A DNA stretch of 64,000 bases from Clostridiales bacterium (GCA_015056105.1 SVGX01000002.1:7417-71416); one strand, 5' to 3'; counted from the stretch's first letter, positions 34,748-44,286 are shown. Numbers and translations are program-made. Notes: generated from the letters alone by a model not told the origin.

Positions 34748-36358
34748 TTATTCGTAGACTACCCAGTCAGCAATGTGCTTCATGTGGTCAATGGCGGGAT
34801 GGAACTCGAAGCCTTCGAGCTTCTCGCTGACCGCATAGTTGATGGGCATGTTGCCGTAGGGATAGGAATAACGCTTCTCGTAGAGGTAGTTGTTGACTTC
34901 GTCGATGCAGACTTCGCGCTGCGGATCATCATAGTAGTAGGTACGCAGCTCAAGGAGCTTCGCATCCAACCAATCATCGTTGCCCTGGAGACGGGAACCG
35001 AAGGAGGACTCATAGATGATGTACATGTTGGAAGCTTCGGAAGCCGTGGAGTCGCGGATGCAGATCTGGAACTGGCCGTTGTTGGCAGCATCGTAGGTAG
35101 CAAGCGCGCTGGAAACGATGTTCACGTTAACGCCGATCTCAGCCCACATGGCCTGAAGGATCTCAGCAGCCTTTTCGTAAACGGGCAGGGGCTCGATGTG
35201 GAGCTCGATGTCGAAACCGTTGGGATAGCCGGCCTTGGCCAGATATTCCTTAGCCTTCTCAACATCATAGGGCCAGGGTTCCATTTCCTTCCAGTCGCTG
35301 GCAGGCATGGAGATCATACCGTTGTTGACACGGCCTAGACCATCGGTGGAAGCCTCAACGAGGATTTCCTTATCGATAGCATAGGACAGAGCATAACGGA
35401 CATCCTGGTTCTTGAGGATCTCGTGCTGCATGCTGTAGGTGATAACGAGGTAACGGTAAGCATGGCCGGATTCAACGCGATAGTCTTCAAACTCATCAAC
35501 GCGGGCAACGTCGTTGCCTTCGATGTAGTAAGCGATATCGGCAGCGCCGGTTTCACACTCGATCACGCGGCTGGTGGCTTCGGGGATGAACTTGATGAGG
35601 ATGTTCTCGGTCTTCGCAGGCTCGCCCCAGTAATGCTCGTTGCGGGTGAGGGAGATGGAAGTGCCGGGGAGCCATTCAACAACCTTGTAGGGGCCGGAGC
35701 AGATGGGAGCGCGGCTGAAGTCAGCTTCGCCCATCTCTTCGAAAGCCTTCTCGCTTACGAGGGTACCGCGGCCGGTGGAAAGGGTGTTCTGGAAGGGAGC
35801 CCACGCCTGGTTCATCTTGATGGTGAAGTGGGTGTCATCCTGAGCAACGGTGCCTTCGGGGTTCACGAACGCGAAGTTGGAAGCGCTGCGGGGAGCTTCC
35901 TTCAGACGGTTGAGCTCCCAAACGATATCCTGAGCGGTGAGGGGCTCGCCGTTGGACCACTTGAGGCCTTCCTTGAGCACGAAGTTGACGGTGGTGTCGT
36001 CAACCATCTCGTAGGATTCGCAGACGCCGCCGAGGGTCATGGTGCCGTCAGCCTGAAGATCGAAGAGGTGATCGCCGATCATGCCAAGAACGATGCAGAT
36101 CGCGTCGGTGTTGGCGCTGGCGGGATCAAGGGTCTCGGGCTCGGACTCGGTAACAAGAACGATGGTGTCCTTCTGTACCTTGTCAGCGGTCTCGGTGGAT
36201 TCGCTGCCGGAAGCTTCGGGTGCGGTGGAAGCTTCGGGAGCGGTGCTGGTGGCGGGCTCATTGCCGGATTCGGGTTCGTTGGTCGCGTCTTTGGCGCAGC
36301 CGGCGAACGCAAAAGCAACAAGCAGCAGTGCAAGAAGCAGTGCCAGTGTACGTTTCAC
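34748..36358 (-). CDS. ABC transporter substrate-binding lipoprotein, family 5
   Basis: GTG 36358 lies 8 nt after AGGAGG. Lipobox FAFAGC, a TSTAPEASTAPEASGSE linker, then an SBP_bac_5-like body. Confidence 0.9.
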   Translation of the reverse strand: MKRTLALLLALLLVAFAFAGCAKDATNEPESGNEPATSTAPEASTAPEASGSESTETADKVQKDTIVLVTESEPETLDPASANTDAICIVLGMIGDHLFDLQADGTMTLGGVCESYEMVDDTTVNFVLKEGLKWSNGEPLTAQDIVWELNRLKEAPRSASNFAFVNPEGTVAQDDTHFTIKMNQAWAPFQNTLSTGRGTLVSEKAFEEMGEADFSRAPICSGPYKVVEWLPGTSISLTRNEHYWGEPAKTENILIKFIPEATSRVIECETGAADIAYYIEGNDVARVDEFEDYRVESGHAYRYLVITYSMQHEILKNQDVRYALSYAIDKEILVEASTDGLGRVNNGMISMPASDWKEMEPWPYDVEKAKEYLAKAGYPNGFDIELHIEPLPVYEKAAEILQAMWAEIGVNVNIVSSALATYDAANNGQFQICIRDSTASEASNMYIIYESSFGSRLQGNDDWLDAKLLELRTYYYDDPQREVCIDEVNNYLYEKRYSYPYGNMPINYAVSEKLEGFEFHPAIDHMKHIADWVVYE

Positions 36359-36409
36359 TTTTATTTCCTCCTGATTTTTATTGCGCAGGCGCGAGACCCG
36401 CAAACTTGT

Positions 36410-36425
36410 ATAACAATTTTGTTAT
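36410..36425. promoter_or_regulatory. 16-bp near-palindrome, candidate operator upstream of the minus-strand ABC operon
   Basis: ATAACAAT / TTTGTTAT, 7 of 8 arm positions complementary, about 50 nt upstream of the SBP start. Followed by a tandem ATGATTTTCG x2 at 36432-36451. Confidence 0.4.
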
Positions 36426-36534
36426 TTCAATATGATTTTCGATGATTTTCGCTGTTGCAGCAGATCGAATTCCGTTTGCCCGAGATGCGTTTTTTTCACG
36501 CTGGCGAAGTGGCACAAATCACGATAATGTTGTG

Positions 36535-36563
36535 TTGACTTTTCTTACCCAGCCTGTTACTAT
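36535..36563 (+). promoter_or_regulatory. sigma-70-like promoter for the RraA-family gene
   Basis: TTGACT (36535-36540), 17-nt spacer, TACTAT (36558-36563). Confidence 0.5.
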
Positions 36564-36741
36564 ACAAATCGAGCATGGTGTTCAGTATCTGAACTTGCTT
36601 CAAAGTATAAAGACCGTACGATTTTTGTCAATACGGAAGTTTATATTTTTGTTTTATGTTGGTTCGGTATTAAACACTTTTGCCCATTTTCAACATTATT
36701 CTCATTATGAAAAACACATGTCTCAAGGAGGAAACAAACCA

Positions 36742-37407
36742 ATGGCACTTTCCGAAGAACTCATTCGCCGTTTCAAAGCCGTTGACCCTGCCACCATGGG
36801 TCACTACATCGGCGGCGGCTACATGCGCCCTGAAATGAAGCCCCTCAACATCGGCGAACGCCGCATGGTGGGTCCCGCCTACACCCTGCGCATCCCCGGC
36901 AAGGATTCCTGCGGCATCTACTACGCCATCTCCAAGGCGCCCAAGGGCAGCGTTATCGTTGTGGACCGCTGCGGCGATGATACCTTCGCCTGCTGCGGCG
37001 AAATGGTCGCCACCTATGCCCAGGGCTGCGGCATGGCCGGCCTTGTGATCGACGGCCCCGCCACCGACTCCGTTGCCATCAAAAAGCTTGATATCCCCGT
37101 GTTCTGCACCGGTATTTCCTGCGTGACCACCGTGATCCTCGGCGTCACCGGCGAAGTCCAGATCCCGATCACCTGCTCCGGCACCATCGTCAACCCCGGT
37201 GACATCGTCTTCGGCGACGCGGACGGCGTGGTTGTTCTTCCTCCGGATGGTTATGAAGAAGCCCTGCGCAAATCCGAAGAGTCCGTTGCTGCGGAAGTTA
37301 CCCAGCGCCAGATCTTCGGCCGCGGCGAGCTCCCCGGCTGGGACATTGAGCGCCTCTTTGAGACCAATACCGTCCCCATGCTGCTCGAGCTGCGCAAAAA
37401 GAACTGA
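36742..37407 (+). CDS. RraA family protein (putative 4-hydroxy-4-methyl-2-oxoglutarate aldolase / oxaloacetate decarboxylase type)
   Basis: ATG 36742 lies 10 nt after AAGGAGG. GSVIVVDRCGD, ACCGEMVATYAQ and GLVIDGPATD motifs are RraA-like. Confidence 0.8.
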   Translation: MALSEELIRRFKAVDPATMGHYIGGGYMRPEMKPLNIGERRMVGPAYTLRIPGKDSCGIYYAISKAPKGSVIVVDRCGDDTFACCGEMVATYAQGCGMAGLVIDGPATDSVAIKKLDIPVFCTGISCVTTVILGVTGEVQIPITCSGTIVNPGDIVFGDADGVVVLPPDGYEEALRKSEESVAAEVTQRQIFGRGELPGWDIERLFETNTVPMLLELRKKN

Positions 37408-37417
37408 CCGTTTTCCG

Positions 37418-37446
37418 AAGCGCCGGATTTTTTCCGGCGCTTTTTT
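37418..37446 (+). terminator. intrinsic terminator
   Basis: GCGCCGGA (37420-37427), loop TTTTT, TCCGGCGC (37433-37440), then T6. Confidence 0.85.
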
Positions 37447-37696
37447 CATAACGGGCATTGTTTTTCGAAAAAAACGGTTATATAATGATGCCATGGGAGT
37501 TGTTTCGAAATAAAACAACTTTTATAGCCGTCGGGGTGTAATCTATTTAAGCAAGTCATTTCGCATTTGTTGAAAATTCCTTTCCTGCAGCCCGATAAAG
37601 TAATGATATGTTTAGTACATATATGAAAAAACTATGCTCTGGGAACACAATATATGCCGCAGGAACCATTCTGCGGCGGAAAAGAGGAACCCGCCT

Positions 37697-38218
37697 ATGC
37701 TTGTCATCCACCAGGAAAATGTCTGGGAAACTTACCCCTATTATCAGCTGAGCAACCTGATCTTCGACTATTCGCTCCGCTATACCGACCGCAATATGAA
37801 GCTGAAGGATTACGGCACCGGCGAGCTTTATTCCCCCGTGGAAGCGCACCTGCTTGAAAAGATCTTTTTCAACCCGGGCATCACCGTGACGGATCTTGCC
37901 AAGAAAAGCAACCGCAGCAAAGGCGCCATTTCCCAGGTCGTTACAAAGCTGATCGAAAAGGGTCTTGTGATCAAAACGAGCCAGGAGTTTCACAAAAAGC
38001 GCATGTCCCTTTGGGCAACGCCTAAGGGCAAACAGCTCACCAAGGCCCATTTAAAATACGATGATGAAAAGACAGGCGAATTCTTCAAGCAACTGCTGGA
38101 GCATTACACCTCCGAGCAGATCGATGCCTTTTTCAAGGTGATGGAATCCTGCCTTTACCTGCTGCATGACGATTATGAGAGCGCACTGATGCAGAATCTG
38201 CCCAACCCGCTCAAATAA
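37697..38218 (+). CDS. MarR-family (winged-helix) transcriptional regulator
   Basis: The winged-helix core ITVTDLAKKSNRSKGAISQVVTKLIEKGLV...PKGKQL is MarR-like. The start is uncertain: ATG 37697 is preferred over ATG 37634. Confidence 0.7.
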   Translation: MLVIHQENVWETYPYYQLSNLIFDYSLRYTDRNMKLKDYGTGELYSPVEAHLLEKIFFNPGITVTDLAKKSNRSKGAISQVVTKLIEKGLVIKTSQEFHKKRMSLWATPKGKQLTKAHLKYDDEKTGEFFKQLLEHYTSEQIDAFFKVMESCLYLLHDDYESALMQNLPNPLK

Positions 38219-38257
38219 CCGCATCCCCAATTGGAAGCCGGAAGGAGACCGAAACCC

Positions 38258-39220
38258 ATGTTCCGCGTGCTGCATTATATTTATGAAGTCTACCGGGAAA
38301 GCAGCTTTTCCAAAGCAGCGCAGAAGCTCTTTCTTTCCCAGTCCTCTTTGAGTTTGACCATCAAGCGCTACGAAAGCGAGATCGGCGTGCAGATCTTTGA
38401 CCGCAGCACCATGCCCGTGAAGCTGACAGACGCCGGCGTGATCATCATCAACGAAATACAGAAGCTCCTCGCCATTGAGCAGGATATGCAGACCTATCTT
38501 GAAGATTACCGTGAGCTTAAGACCGGCAGCCTGACCATCGGCGTGCCCCACATGTTCGCAAGCTATCTTCTGCCCCGCTATATCGCAAAATTTCTGCATC
38601 TTTACCCGGACATCAAGGTCAACATCGCCGAATCGGATCTTCATTCCCTGCAGGAGATCATCCTGAACGGCGATGCGGACCTTCTCATCGAGTGCCACGA
38701 TTTCGATCCGGAGCTTTTCCGCATCTATCCGCTGTTTGAAGAGCATATCCTTCTTGCGGTGCCGGCGAACGACCCCATCAACCGGAAGAACACCAAAGCC
38801 CTTCTCACCGCGGCGGATATCCTTGCCGACAAACATGTTTCCGCTGCCTGTCCCGCCATCTCCCTTACGCCCTTTGAAAAGCATCCCTTCCTGATGCTGG
38901 AGCGGGGCTATGACCTGCACAGCAGGGGCCTTCGCTTCTGCCGGGAAAGCGGCTTTGAACCGCAGGTATTCATGTACCTTAACCAGCTTGCCACCGTTTA
39001 CAGCTTTGCCAAGCAGCACCTTGGCGTCACCTTTGTTTCGGATACCGCCATAAAGCTTTCCAACCCCGGCAGCGAGCTTGTGTATTATAAGATCGCCGCG
39101 GAAAACACCACCCGCAGCGTCAACATGGTGCACAAGCGCAACCGCTATATTTCCAAAGCCGCGGGCGCTTTTATCGAGCTTGCATCCATGCTGGATATGC
39201 ACGATCTTGTGACACCGTAA
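38258..39220 (+). CDS. LysR family transcriptional regulator
   Basis: ATG 38258 follows GGAAGGAG. The N-terminal HTH FSKAAQKLFLSQSSLSLTIKRYESEIGVQIFDR is followed by a LysR substrate-binding-like C-terminal domain. Confidence 0.88.
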   Translation: MFRVLHYIYEVYRESSFSKAAQKLFLSQSSLSLTIKRYESEIGVQIFDRSTMPVKLTDAGVIIINEIQKLLAIEQDMQTYLEDYRELKTGSLTIGVPHMFASYLLPRYIAKFLHLYPDIKVNIAESDLHSLQEIILNGDADLLIECHDFDPELFRIYPLFEEHILLAVPANDPINRKNTKALLTAADILADKHVSAACPAISLTPFEKHPFLMLERGYDLHSRGLRFCRESGFEPQVFMYLNQLATVYSFAKQHLGVTFVSDTAIKLSNPGSELVYYKIAAENTTRSVNMVHKRNRYISKAAGAFIELASMLDMHDLVTP

Positions 39221-39368
39221 TGCGGTTCTTACCTTATTATTGATAAACATCAATACTTCACCTCCTTTCTTTGTATTTGACGAATATCCCACCCCATCGG
39301 ATAATGAAGGATGGAACAAAGCCGTTCAAAACGGCAGGCAATACAGTAATCTGAAACCGGAGGCATTT

Positions 39369-40262
39369 ATGTTTGAACTGAAAGGCATCTACTGTCCCAT
39401 CGCAACCCCCTTTGTGAACGACAAGATCGCTTACGACAAGCTGGATCAGAACATGGAATTCTGGACCGCTTCCAAGCTTGAGGGCATCGTGGTCATGGGC
39501 TCCAACGGCGAGTTCACCTCCCTGCGCGAAAGCGAAAAGGAAGAGCTCATCCGCCACTGCTGCAAAGTGATCGACGGCAAAAAGCGCGTTGTGGTCGGCA
39601 CCGGCAGCAACTGCATGGATGAAACCCTTCACCTTTGCCGGGTCTCTGCAGACTGCGGTGCGGATGCGGCCCTCGTTGTCACTCCCTTCTATTTCAAGGG
39701 TGCCATGAACGACGCAAACCTTGAAAACTACTACACCACCCTTGCGGACAAATCCCCCCTGCCCATCATCGTGTACAACATGCCCCTCAACGCCGGCGTG
39801 AACACCTCCTATGAGCTGCTCTGCCGCCTTTCCAAGCACCCCAACATCGTGGGCGTGAAGGATACCTCCGGCAACATCGTGCAGATCTGCCAGACCATCT
39901 TCAACTGCGAAAAGGATTTCTCCGTTCTCGCAGGCAACTGGGCATTCCTTCTCCCCGCGCTGTTCCTCGGCGCCAAGGGCGGCACGCTGGCCCTTTCCAA
40001 CATCTTCCCCAACGAGTGCGCCTCCATGGTGGAACTTTACAACGAAGGCAAGTATGATGAGTGCCGTGCCCTCGCAAAGCGCCTGATCCCCATCAACGCT
40101 GCCGTTACCACCAAGTACGGCATCGGCGGTCTCAAGGTCGCCATGGAATATGTAGGCCTCTTCGGCGGCGAACCCCGCCTGCCCCTGCGCCTGCCCAACG
40201 ATGATGTCAAGAAGGCCATCCGCGAAGCCCTCGAATATGCAGGCGCGGAAGTTCGCGCATAA
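39369..40262 (+). CDS. dihydrodipicolinate synthase family lyase (DapA/NAL superfamily), substrate unknown
   Basis: ATG 39369 follows GGAGG. GIYCPIATPF, GIVVMGSNGEF, VVGTGSN, VVTPFYFK and VGVKDTSG motifs are characteristic of class I aldolases of the DHDPS family. Confidence 0.85.
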   Translation: MFELKGIYCPIATPFVNDKIAYDKLDQNMEFWTASKLEGIVVMGSNGEFTSLRESEKEELIRHCCKVIDGKKRVVVGTGSNCMDETLHLCRVSADCGADAALVVTPFYFKGAMNDANLENYYTTLADKSPLPIIVYNMPLNAGVNTSYELLCRLSKHPNIVGVKDTSGNIVQICQTIFNCEKDFSVLAGNWAFLLPALFLGAKGGTLALSNIFPNECASMVELYNEGKYDECRALAKRLIPINAAVTTKYGIGGLKVAMEYVGLFGGEPRLPLRLPNDDVKKAIREALEYAGAEVRA

Positions 40263-40322
40263 AAAGCGATACCCGGCCCCCCGGGGCTTACCAAATTGAA
40301 TCAACAGAAAAGGAGCAATATT

Positions 40323-41468
40323 ATGGAAAAGAACGTTCTTGTTATGATCCCGGGTCCCACCCCCGTCGTCAGGTCCATCCAGGAGCAGATGGGCCGTGAG
40401 ATCCAGGCCTTCGGCGATCCCCGCTTCGTAAAGGATTACAAAGAGCTCATCGATGATCTCGGCAAGCTCTTCAACTGCAGCGGCCAGACCTTCCCCCTCG
40501 CCGGCACCGGCACCCTTGCCATGGAAATGGCCATCGCCAACACCACCAAGCGCGGTGACAACGTCCTGATCGTCTCCAACGGCTTCTTCGGCGACAGGTT
40601 CATCGATATCTGCACCCGCAAGGGCCTCAACGTGGATGTCATCAGCGCTGAGTGGGGCAGCTGCGTTTCTCCCGCCGAGATCGAAAAGAAGCTCGCCGAG
40701 AAGAACTACGCCGTGATGACCGTTACCCATGTTGATACCTCCACCGCCGTTGTCGCGCCCATCGCGGAGATCGGCAAAGTGGCCGCCAAGTTCCCCGAAA
40801 CCCTTTACATCGTGGACGGCGTCGCTGCCACCGCCGGCGAATATGCCGATGTGGACGGCATGAACATCGACCTTATGCTCACCGGTTCCCAGAAGGCCTT
40901 CGGCGTATGCCCCGGCATGTTCATCGTCTGGGCCGGCAAGAAGGCCCTTGAGCGCCGCAAGGCCCTCGGCACCATCCCCGAGTATTATGTGGACTTTGAA
41001 AAGTGGCTGCCCATCATGGAGAACCCGGGCAAGTACTTTGCCACCCCCGCCATCAACCTCGTATGGGCGCTGAAGGAATCCGCCGCCATCATCGCAGAGG
41101 AAGGCCTCAAGGCCCGCGCCGAACGCCACAGCAAGCATGCGAAGGCTGTCCATAAGGCCCTCGAAGCCCTCGGCTTCCAGATCCTTGCCAAAGAAGAATG
41201 CCGCGCCAGCACCCTGAGTGTCTGCATCTACCCCGAAGGCGTGGAAGATGTCAAGTTCCGCAACTGCATGTTTGAAGAAGGTGCCATCGTTGCCGGTGCG
41301 CTCGGCGCTTATGCCGGCAAGGCATTCCGCCTCGGCCACATGGGCAACATCGACATCAACACCCTCGTGCAGACCCTCGGCTGCGTAGAGCGCTCCCTCA
41401 AGGCCTGCGGCGTTGCCGTGAAGGAAGGCACCGCTGTCGGCGCTTACATGGCTGCCCTCGCGGAATAA
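40323..41468 (+). CDS. class V aminotransferase (serine-pyruvate / alanine-glyoxylate type)
   Basis: ATG 40323 follows AAGGAG. MIPGPTPV at the N-terminus, a SGSQKAF-like lysine box (TGSQKAFG) and overall AGT-family resemblance. Confidence 0.85.
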   Translation: MEKNVLVMIPGPTPVVRSIQEQMGREIQAFGDPRFVKDYKELIDDLGKLFNCSGQTFPLAGTGTLAMEMAIANTTKRGDNVLIVSNGFFGDRFIDICTRKGLNVDVISAEWGSCVSPAEIEKKLAEKNYAVMTVTHVDTSTAVVAPIAEIGKVAAKFPETLYIVDGVAATAGEYADVDGMNIDLMLTGSQKAFGVCPGMFIVWAGKKALERRKALGTIPEYYVDFEKWLPIMENPGKYFATPAINLVWALKESAAIIAEEGLKARAERHSKHAKAVHKALEALGFQILAKEECRASTLSVCIYPEGVEDVKFRNCMFEEGAIVAGALGAYAGKAFRLGHMGNIDINTLVQTLGCVERSLKACGVAVKEGTAVGAYMAALAE

Positions 41469-41498
41469 GCAGAGCCGCTCCACAGGAAGGAGACCCGC

Positions 41499-42464
41499 AT
41501 GCAATACACCACCCTCGGCAATTCCGGCATTGAGATCTCAAGGCTCTGCCTCGGCTGTCTCGGCTTCGGTGAACCCTCGCCGGATTCCCACGTTTGGACC
41601 CTTGATCCCGCCGCCACGGAAGTGATCGTAAAGCGGGCCCTTGATCTCGGCATCAACTTCTTCGATACCGCCAACACCTATTCCCACGGTACCAGCGAAG
41701 AATATCTCGGCCGGGCGCTCAAAAACCTCGTGCCCCGCGACAAGGTGGTCATTGCCACAAAGGTCTACTTCAATGAAGGTCACCTTTCCAAAAAGGCTAT
41801 CTTCCGGGAGATCGACCTTTCCCTCAAGCGCCTTGGGACGGACTATGTGGATCTTTATATCCTGCACCGGTTCGACCCCACCACCCCCATCGAGGAGACC
41901 CTTGAAGCCCTTGACACCATCGTCAAGGCGGGCAAGGTGCGCGCCCTTGGCGCTTCCGCCATGTACGGCTACCGCTTCCACACCATGCAGGTGTGCGCGG
42001 AGCGCAACGGCTGGACACCCTTCGTTTCCATGCAGAACCACTACAACCTCCTTTACCGGGAGGATGAGCGGGAGATCATCCCCCTCTGCCTGCAGGAAAA
42101 GGTGGCACTGACGCCCTTCAGTCCCCTTGCGGCCGGCAGGCTCGCCCGCCCCGAATGGAATGCGGACACCCACCGCAGCAGGACGGACACCACCGCCGCC
42201 GGCAAATATGACCGGACGGAGGCGACGGACAGGGAGATCGCAAGGCGCGTGCATGAAACGGCGGAAAAATACGGCGCCAGCATGACGCAGGTAGCTTTGG
42301 CGTGGCAGTTCAAAAAGGGCATCACCGCCCCCATTGTCGGCGCCACGAAGGCCAAATACCTTGATGACGCCGTGGGCGCTTTCGATGTCGCCCTGACGGA
42401 TGCGGATATCGCCTTCCTGGAAGAACCCTATGAACCCCACAGGGTCGTCGGGTTCGGCACATAA
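41499..42464 (+). CDS. aldo/keto reductase
   Basis: MQYTTLGNSGIEISRLCLGCLGFG, INFFDTANTYSHGTSEEYLGRAL and YVDLYILHRFD are classic AKR motifs. Confidence 0.9.
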   Translation: MQYTTLGNSGIEISRLCLGCLGFGEPSPDSHVWTLDPAATEVIVKRALDLGINFFDTANTYSHGTSEEYLGRALKNLVPRDKVVIATKVYFNEGHLSKKAIFREIDLSLKRLGTDYVDLYILHRFDPTTPIEETLEALDTIVKAGKVRALGASAMYGYRFHTMQVCAERNGWTPFVSMQNHYNLLYREDEREIIPLCLQEKVALTPFSPLAAGRLARPEWNADTHRSRTDTTAAGKYDRTEATDREIARRVHETAEKYGASMTQVALAWQFKKGITAPIVGATKAKYLDDAVGAFDVALTDADIAFLEEPYEPHRVVGFGT

Positions 42465-42473
42465 CAGACAAGC

Positions 42474-42517
42474 AAAAACCCCCGTCTGCGCAGCGCGCAG
42501 GCGGGGGTTTTGTTTTT
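42474..42517. terminator. bidirectional intrinsic terminator between convergent genes
   Basis: A5, CCCCCGTCTGCG (42479-42490), 5-nt loop, CGCAGGCGGGGG (42496-42507), then a T-rich tail. Confidence 0.85.
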
Positions 42518-42548
42518 CTTTCCTTATTATCTATGATATTCCATACCG

Positions 42549-43934
42549 TCAGATCTCATTGCCCGGGAACCTGGGGATGCCCGCAAGTCCCTTCATAATG
42601 TCCGCATCCGTGGGAACGGTATCGGTCATCTCGCCATCGTTGTAACGGCCGTATGCCACAAGGTCGAAATAGCCGGTTCCCGTCAGGCAGAAGAGGATGG
42701 TCTTTTCTTCGCCGGTCTCACGGCAGCGGATGGCTTCATCCATGGCAACGCGGATGGCGTGGCTCGATTCCGGCGCGGGCAGGATGCCTTCCACCCTGGC
42801 AAATTCCTGCGCAGCGGCAAAAACGGAGGTCTGGGGCACGCTGACGGCTTCCATCAGCCCGTCATCGTACAGTTGGGATACGATGCTGCTCATGCCGTGA
42901 TAGCGAAGGCCGCCGGCGTGGGTACCCGCGGGGATATAGCCCGCGCCGAGGGTATACATTTTCGAAAGGGGGCAGATGCGGCCCGTATCGCAGTAATCGT
43001 AAACATATTTGCCCCGGGTAAGGCTTGGGCAGGTCTCCGGCTCCACGGCGATGAAGCGATAATCCTTTTCGCCCCGAAGCTTTTCGCCCATGAAGGGAGA
43101 GATAAAGCCGCCCAGGTTGCTTCCGCCGCCGGCACAGCCGATGATCACATCCGGCGTGATGTTGTATTTATCCATGGCAGCCTTGGTCTCAAGGCCGATG
43201 ATGGTCTGGTGCAGCAGCACCTGGGAAAGCACGCTGCCCAGCACATAGCGGTAGCCTTCCATGCTGGTGGCGGTCTCCACCGCTTCGGAGATGGCGCAGC
43301 CGAGGCTTCCCGTGGTGCCCGGATGCTCCGCAAGGATCTTTCTGCCGACCGCTGTGGTCACGGAAGGGGAAGGAGTGACGGAAGCGCCGTAGGTGCGCAT
43401 GACTTCCCGGCGGAAGGGCTTCTGTTCATAGGATACCTTGACCATGAACACCCGGCAGTCAAGCCCAAGATATGCGCAGGCCATGGAAAGAGCGGTGCCC
43501 CACTGCCCGGCGCCGGTCTCTGTCGTCACGCCCTTAAGGCCCTGCTTTTTGGCGTAAAATGCCTGGGCGATGGCGGAATTGAGCTTATGGCTGCCGCTTG
43601 TGTTGTTGCCTTCGAATTTATAGTAGATCTTTGCCGGTGTGTTAAGATGCTTTTCAAGGCAGTACGCGCGCACAAGGGGCGCGGGGCGGTACATTTTATA
43701 GAAATCGAGGATCTCTTCCGGGATGTCGATATAGGCGTTGGTATCGTCAAGCTCCTGCTTCACGAGCTCGCTGCAAAATACCTTCTCAAGCTCTGCCGCG
43801 GTCATGGGTTCTTTCGTAACAGGATCAAGCAGCGGCGCGGGCTTATTCTTCATATCCGCCCGGACGTTATACCACTGCTTCGGCATTTCGGATTCGCTGA
43901 GATAAATTTTGTAAGGGATCTTTTCTTCGCGCAT
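42549..43934 (-). CDS. trpB: TrpB-like PLP-dependent enzyme (tryptophan synthase beta, TrpB2 type)
   Basis: ATG 43934 follows AAGGAG. YKFEGNNTSGSHKLNSA carries the PLP lysine box, and GVTTETGAGQWG is present. The long N-terminal extension is typical of the TrpB2 clade. No trpA is adjacent. Confidence 0.88.
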   Translation of the reverse strand: MREEKIPYKIYLSESEMPKQWYNVRADMKNKPAPLLDPVTKEPMTAAELEKVFCSELVKQELDDTNAYIDIPEEILDFYKMYRPAPLVRAYCLEKHLNTPAKIYYKFEGNNTSGSHKLNSAIAQAFYAKKQGLKGVTTETGAGQWGTALSMACAYLGLDCRVFMVKVSYEQKPFRREVMRTYGASVTPSPSVTTAVGRKILAEHPGTTGSLGCAISEAVETATSMEGYRYVLGSVLSQVLLHQTIIGLETKAAMDKYNITPDVIIGCAGGGSNLGGFISPFMGEKLRGEKDYRFIAVEPETCPSLTRGKYVYDYCDTGRICPLSKMYTLGAGYIPAGTHAGGLRYHGMSSIVSQLYDDGLMEAVSVPQTSVFAAAQEFARVEGILPAPESSHAIRVAMDEAIRCRETGEEKTILFCLTGTGYFDLVAYGRYNDGEMTDTVPTDADIMKGLAGIPRFPGNEI

Positions 43935-44009
43935 GGTTCGCACTCCTTTCATTTTGCCTTTCTGGCTTTTCGGCGGTGTTTCCGCCCTTTCCCCGGGACA
44001 GGAGGCAAC

Positions 44010-44280
44010 AAAAAAAGCCCTGTCCCCACTTTCATCTGCAGGGACAGGAGCCGTAACTCCTGCGGTGCCACCCGGCTTGGCGCATTCGCGCCCACTTTGT
44101 GCATACTGTCATATGCCGGCGTTTGATAACGGAGCGCCATCTCCGGCTTGCCTACTGAAAATTCAGCGCGCCCTCAGGAGCCCATTCGGCCCGGCCCGCC
44201 CTGCCGCGATTCCACCGCCCGCGGCTCTCTTGAAAGGGGATATCCGAACTTACTTACTCTCCCTCAACGGTTTTGATTTG
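44010..44280 (-). promoter_or_regulatory. T-box riboswitch leader with probable Trp (UGG) specifier
   Basis: Minus-strand reading. T-box core CCGGGTGGCACCGCAGG is the reverse complement of 44059-44075. Terminator CCTGTCCC-N13-GGGACAGG plus U8 spans 44011-44048. Stem I elements: GAGGGAGAGUA, AGAGAG bulge, GGUGGAAU distal loop. Specifier loop GAA-UGG-G has the codon at 44182-44184. Confidence 0.85.
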
Positions 44281-44286
44281 TTTGCA

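Noticed and set aside
39258-41504. 748-aa minus-strand ORF; similar long ORFs at 14224-15936, 42759-44126, 46715-48376, 50252-51931, 53483-55387, 55170-57434, 58134-59705 and 62590-63813
   Set aside because: Each is antisense to, or out of frame with, a gene that has clear family motifs on the other strand or frame. All show the same low-complexity Gly/Ala/His/Arg composition.
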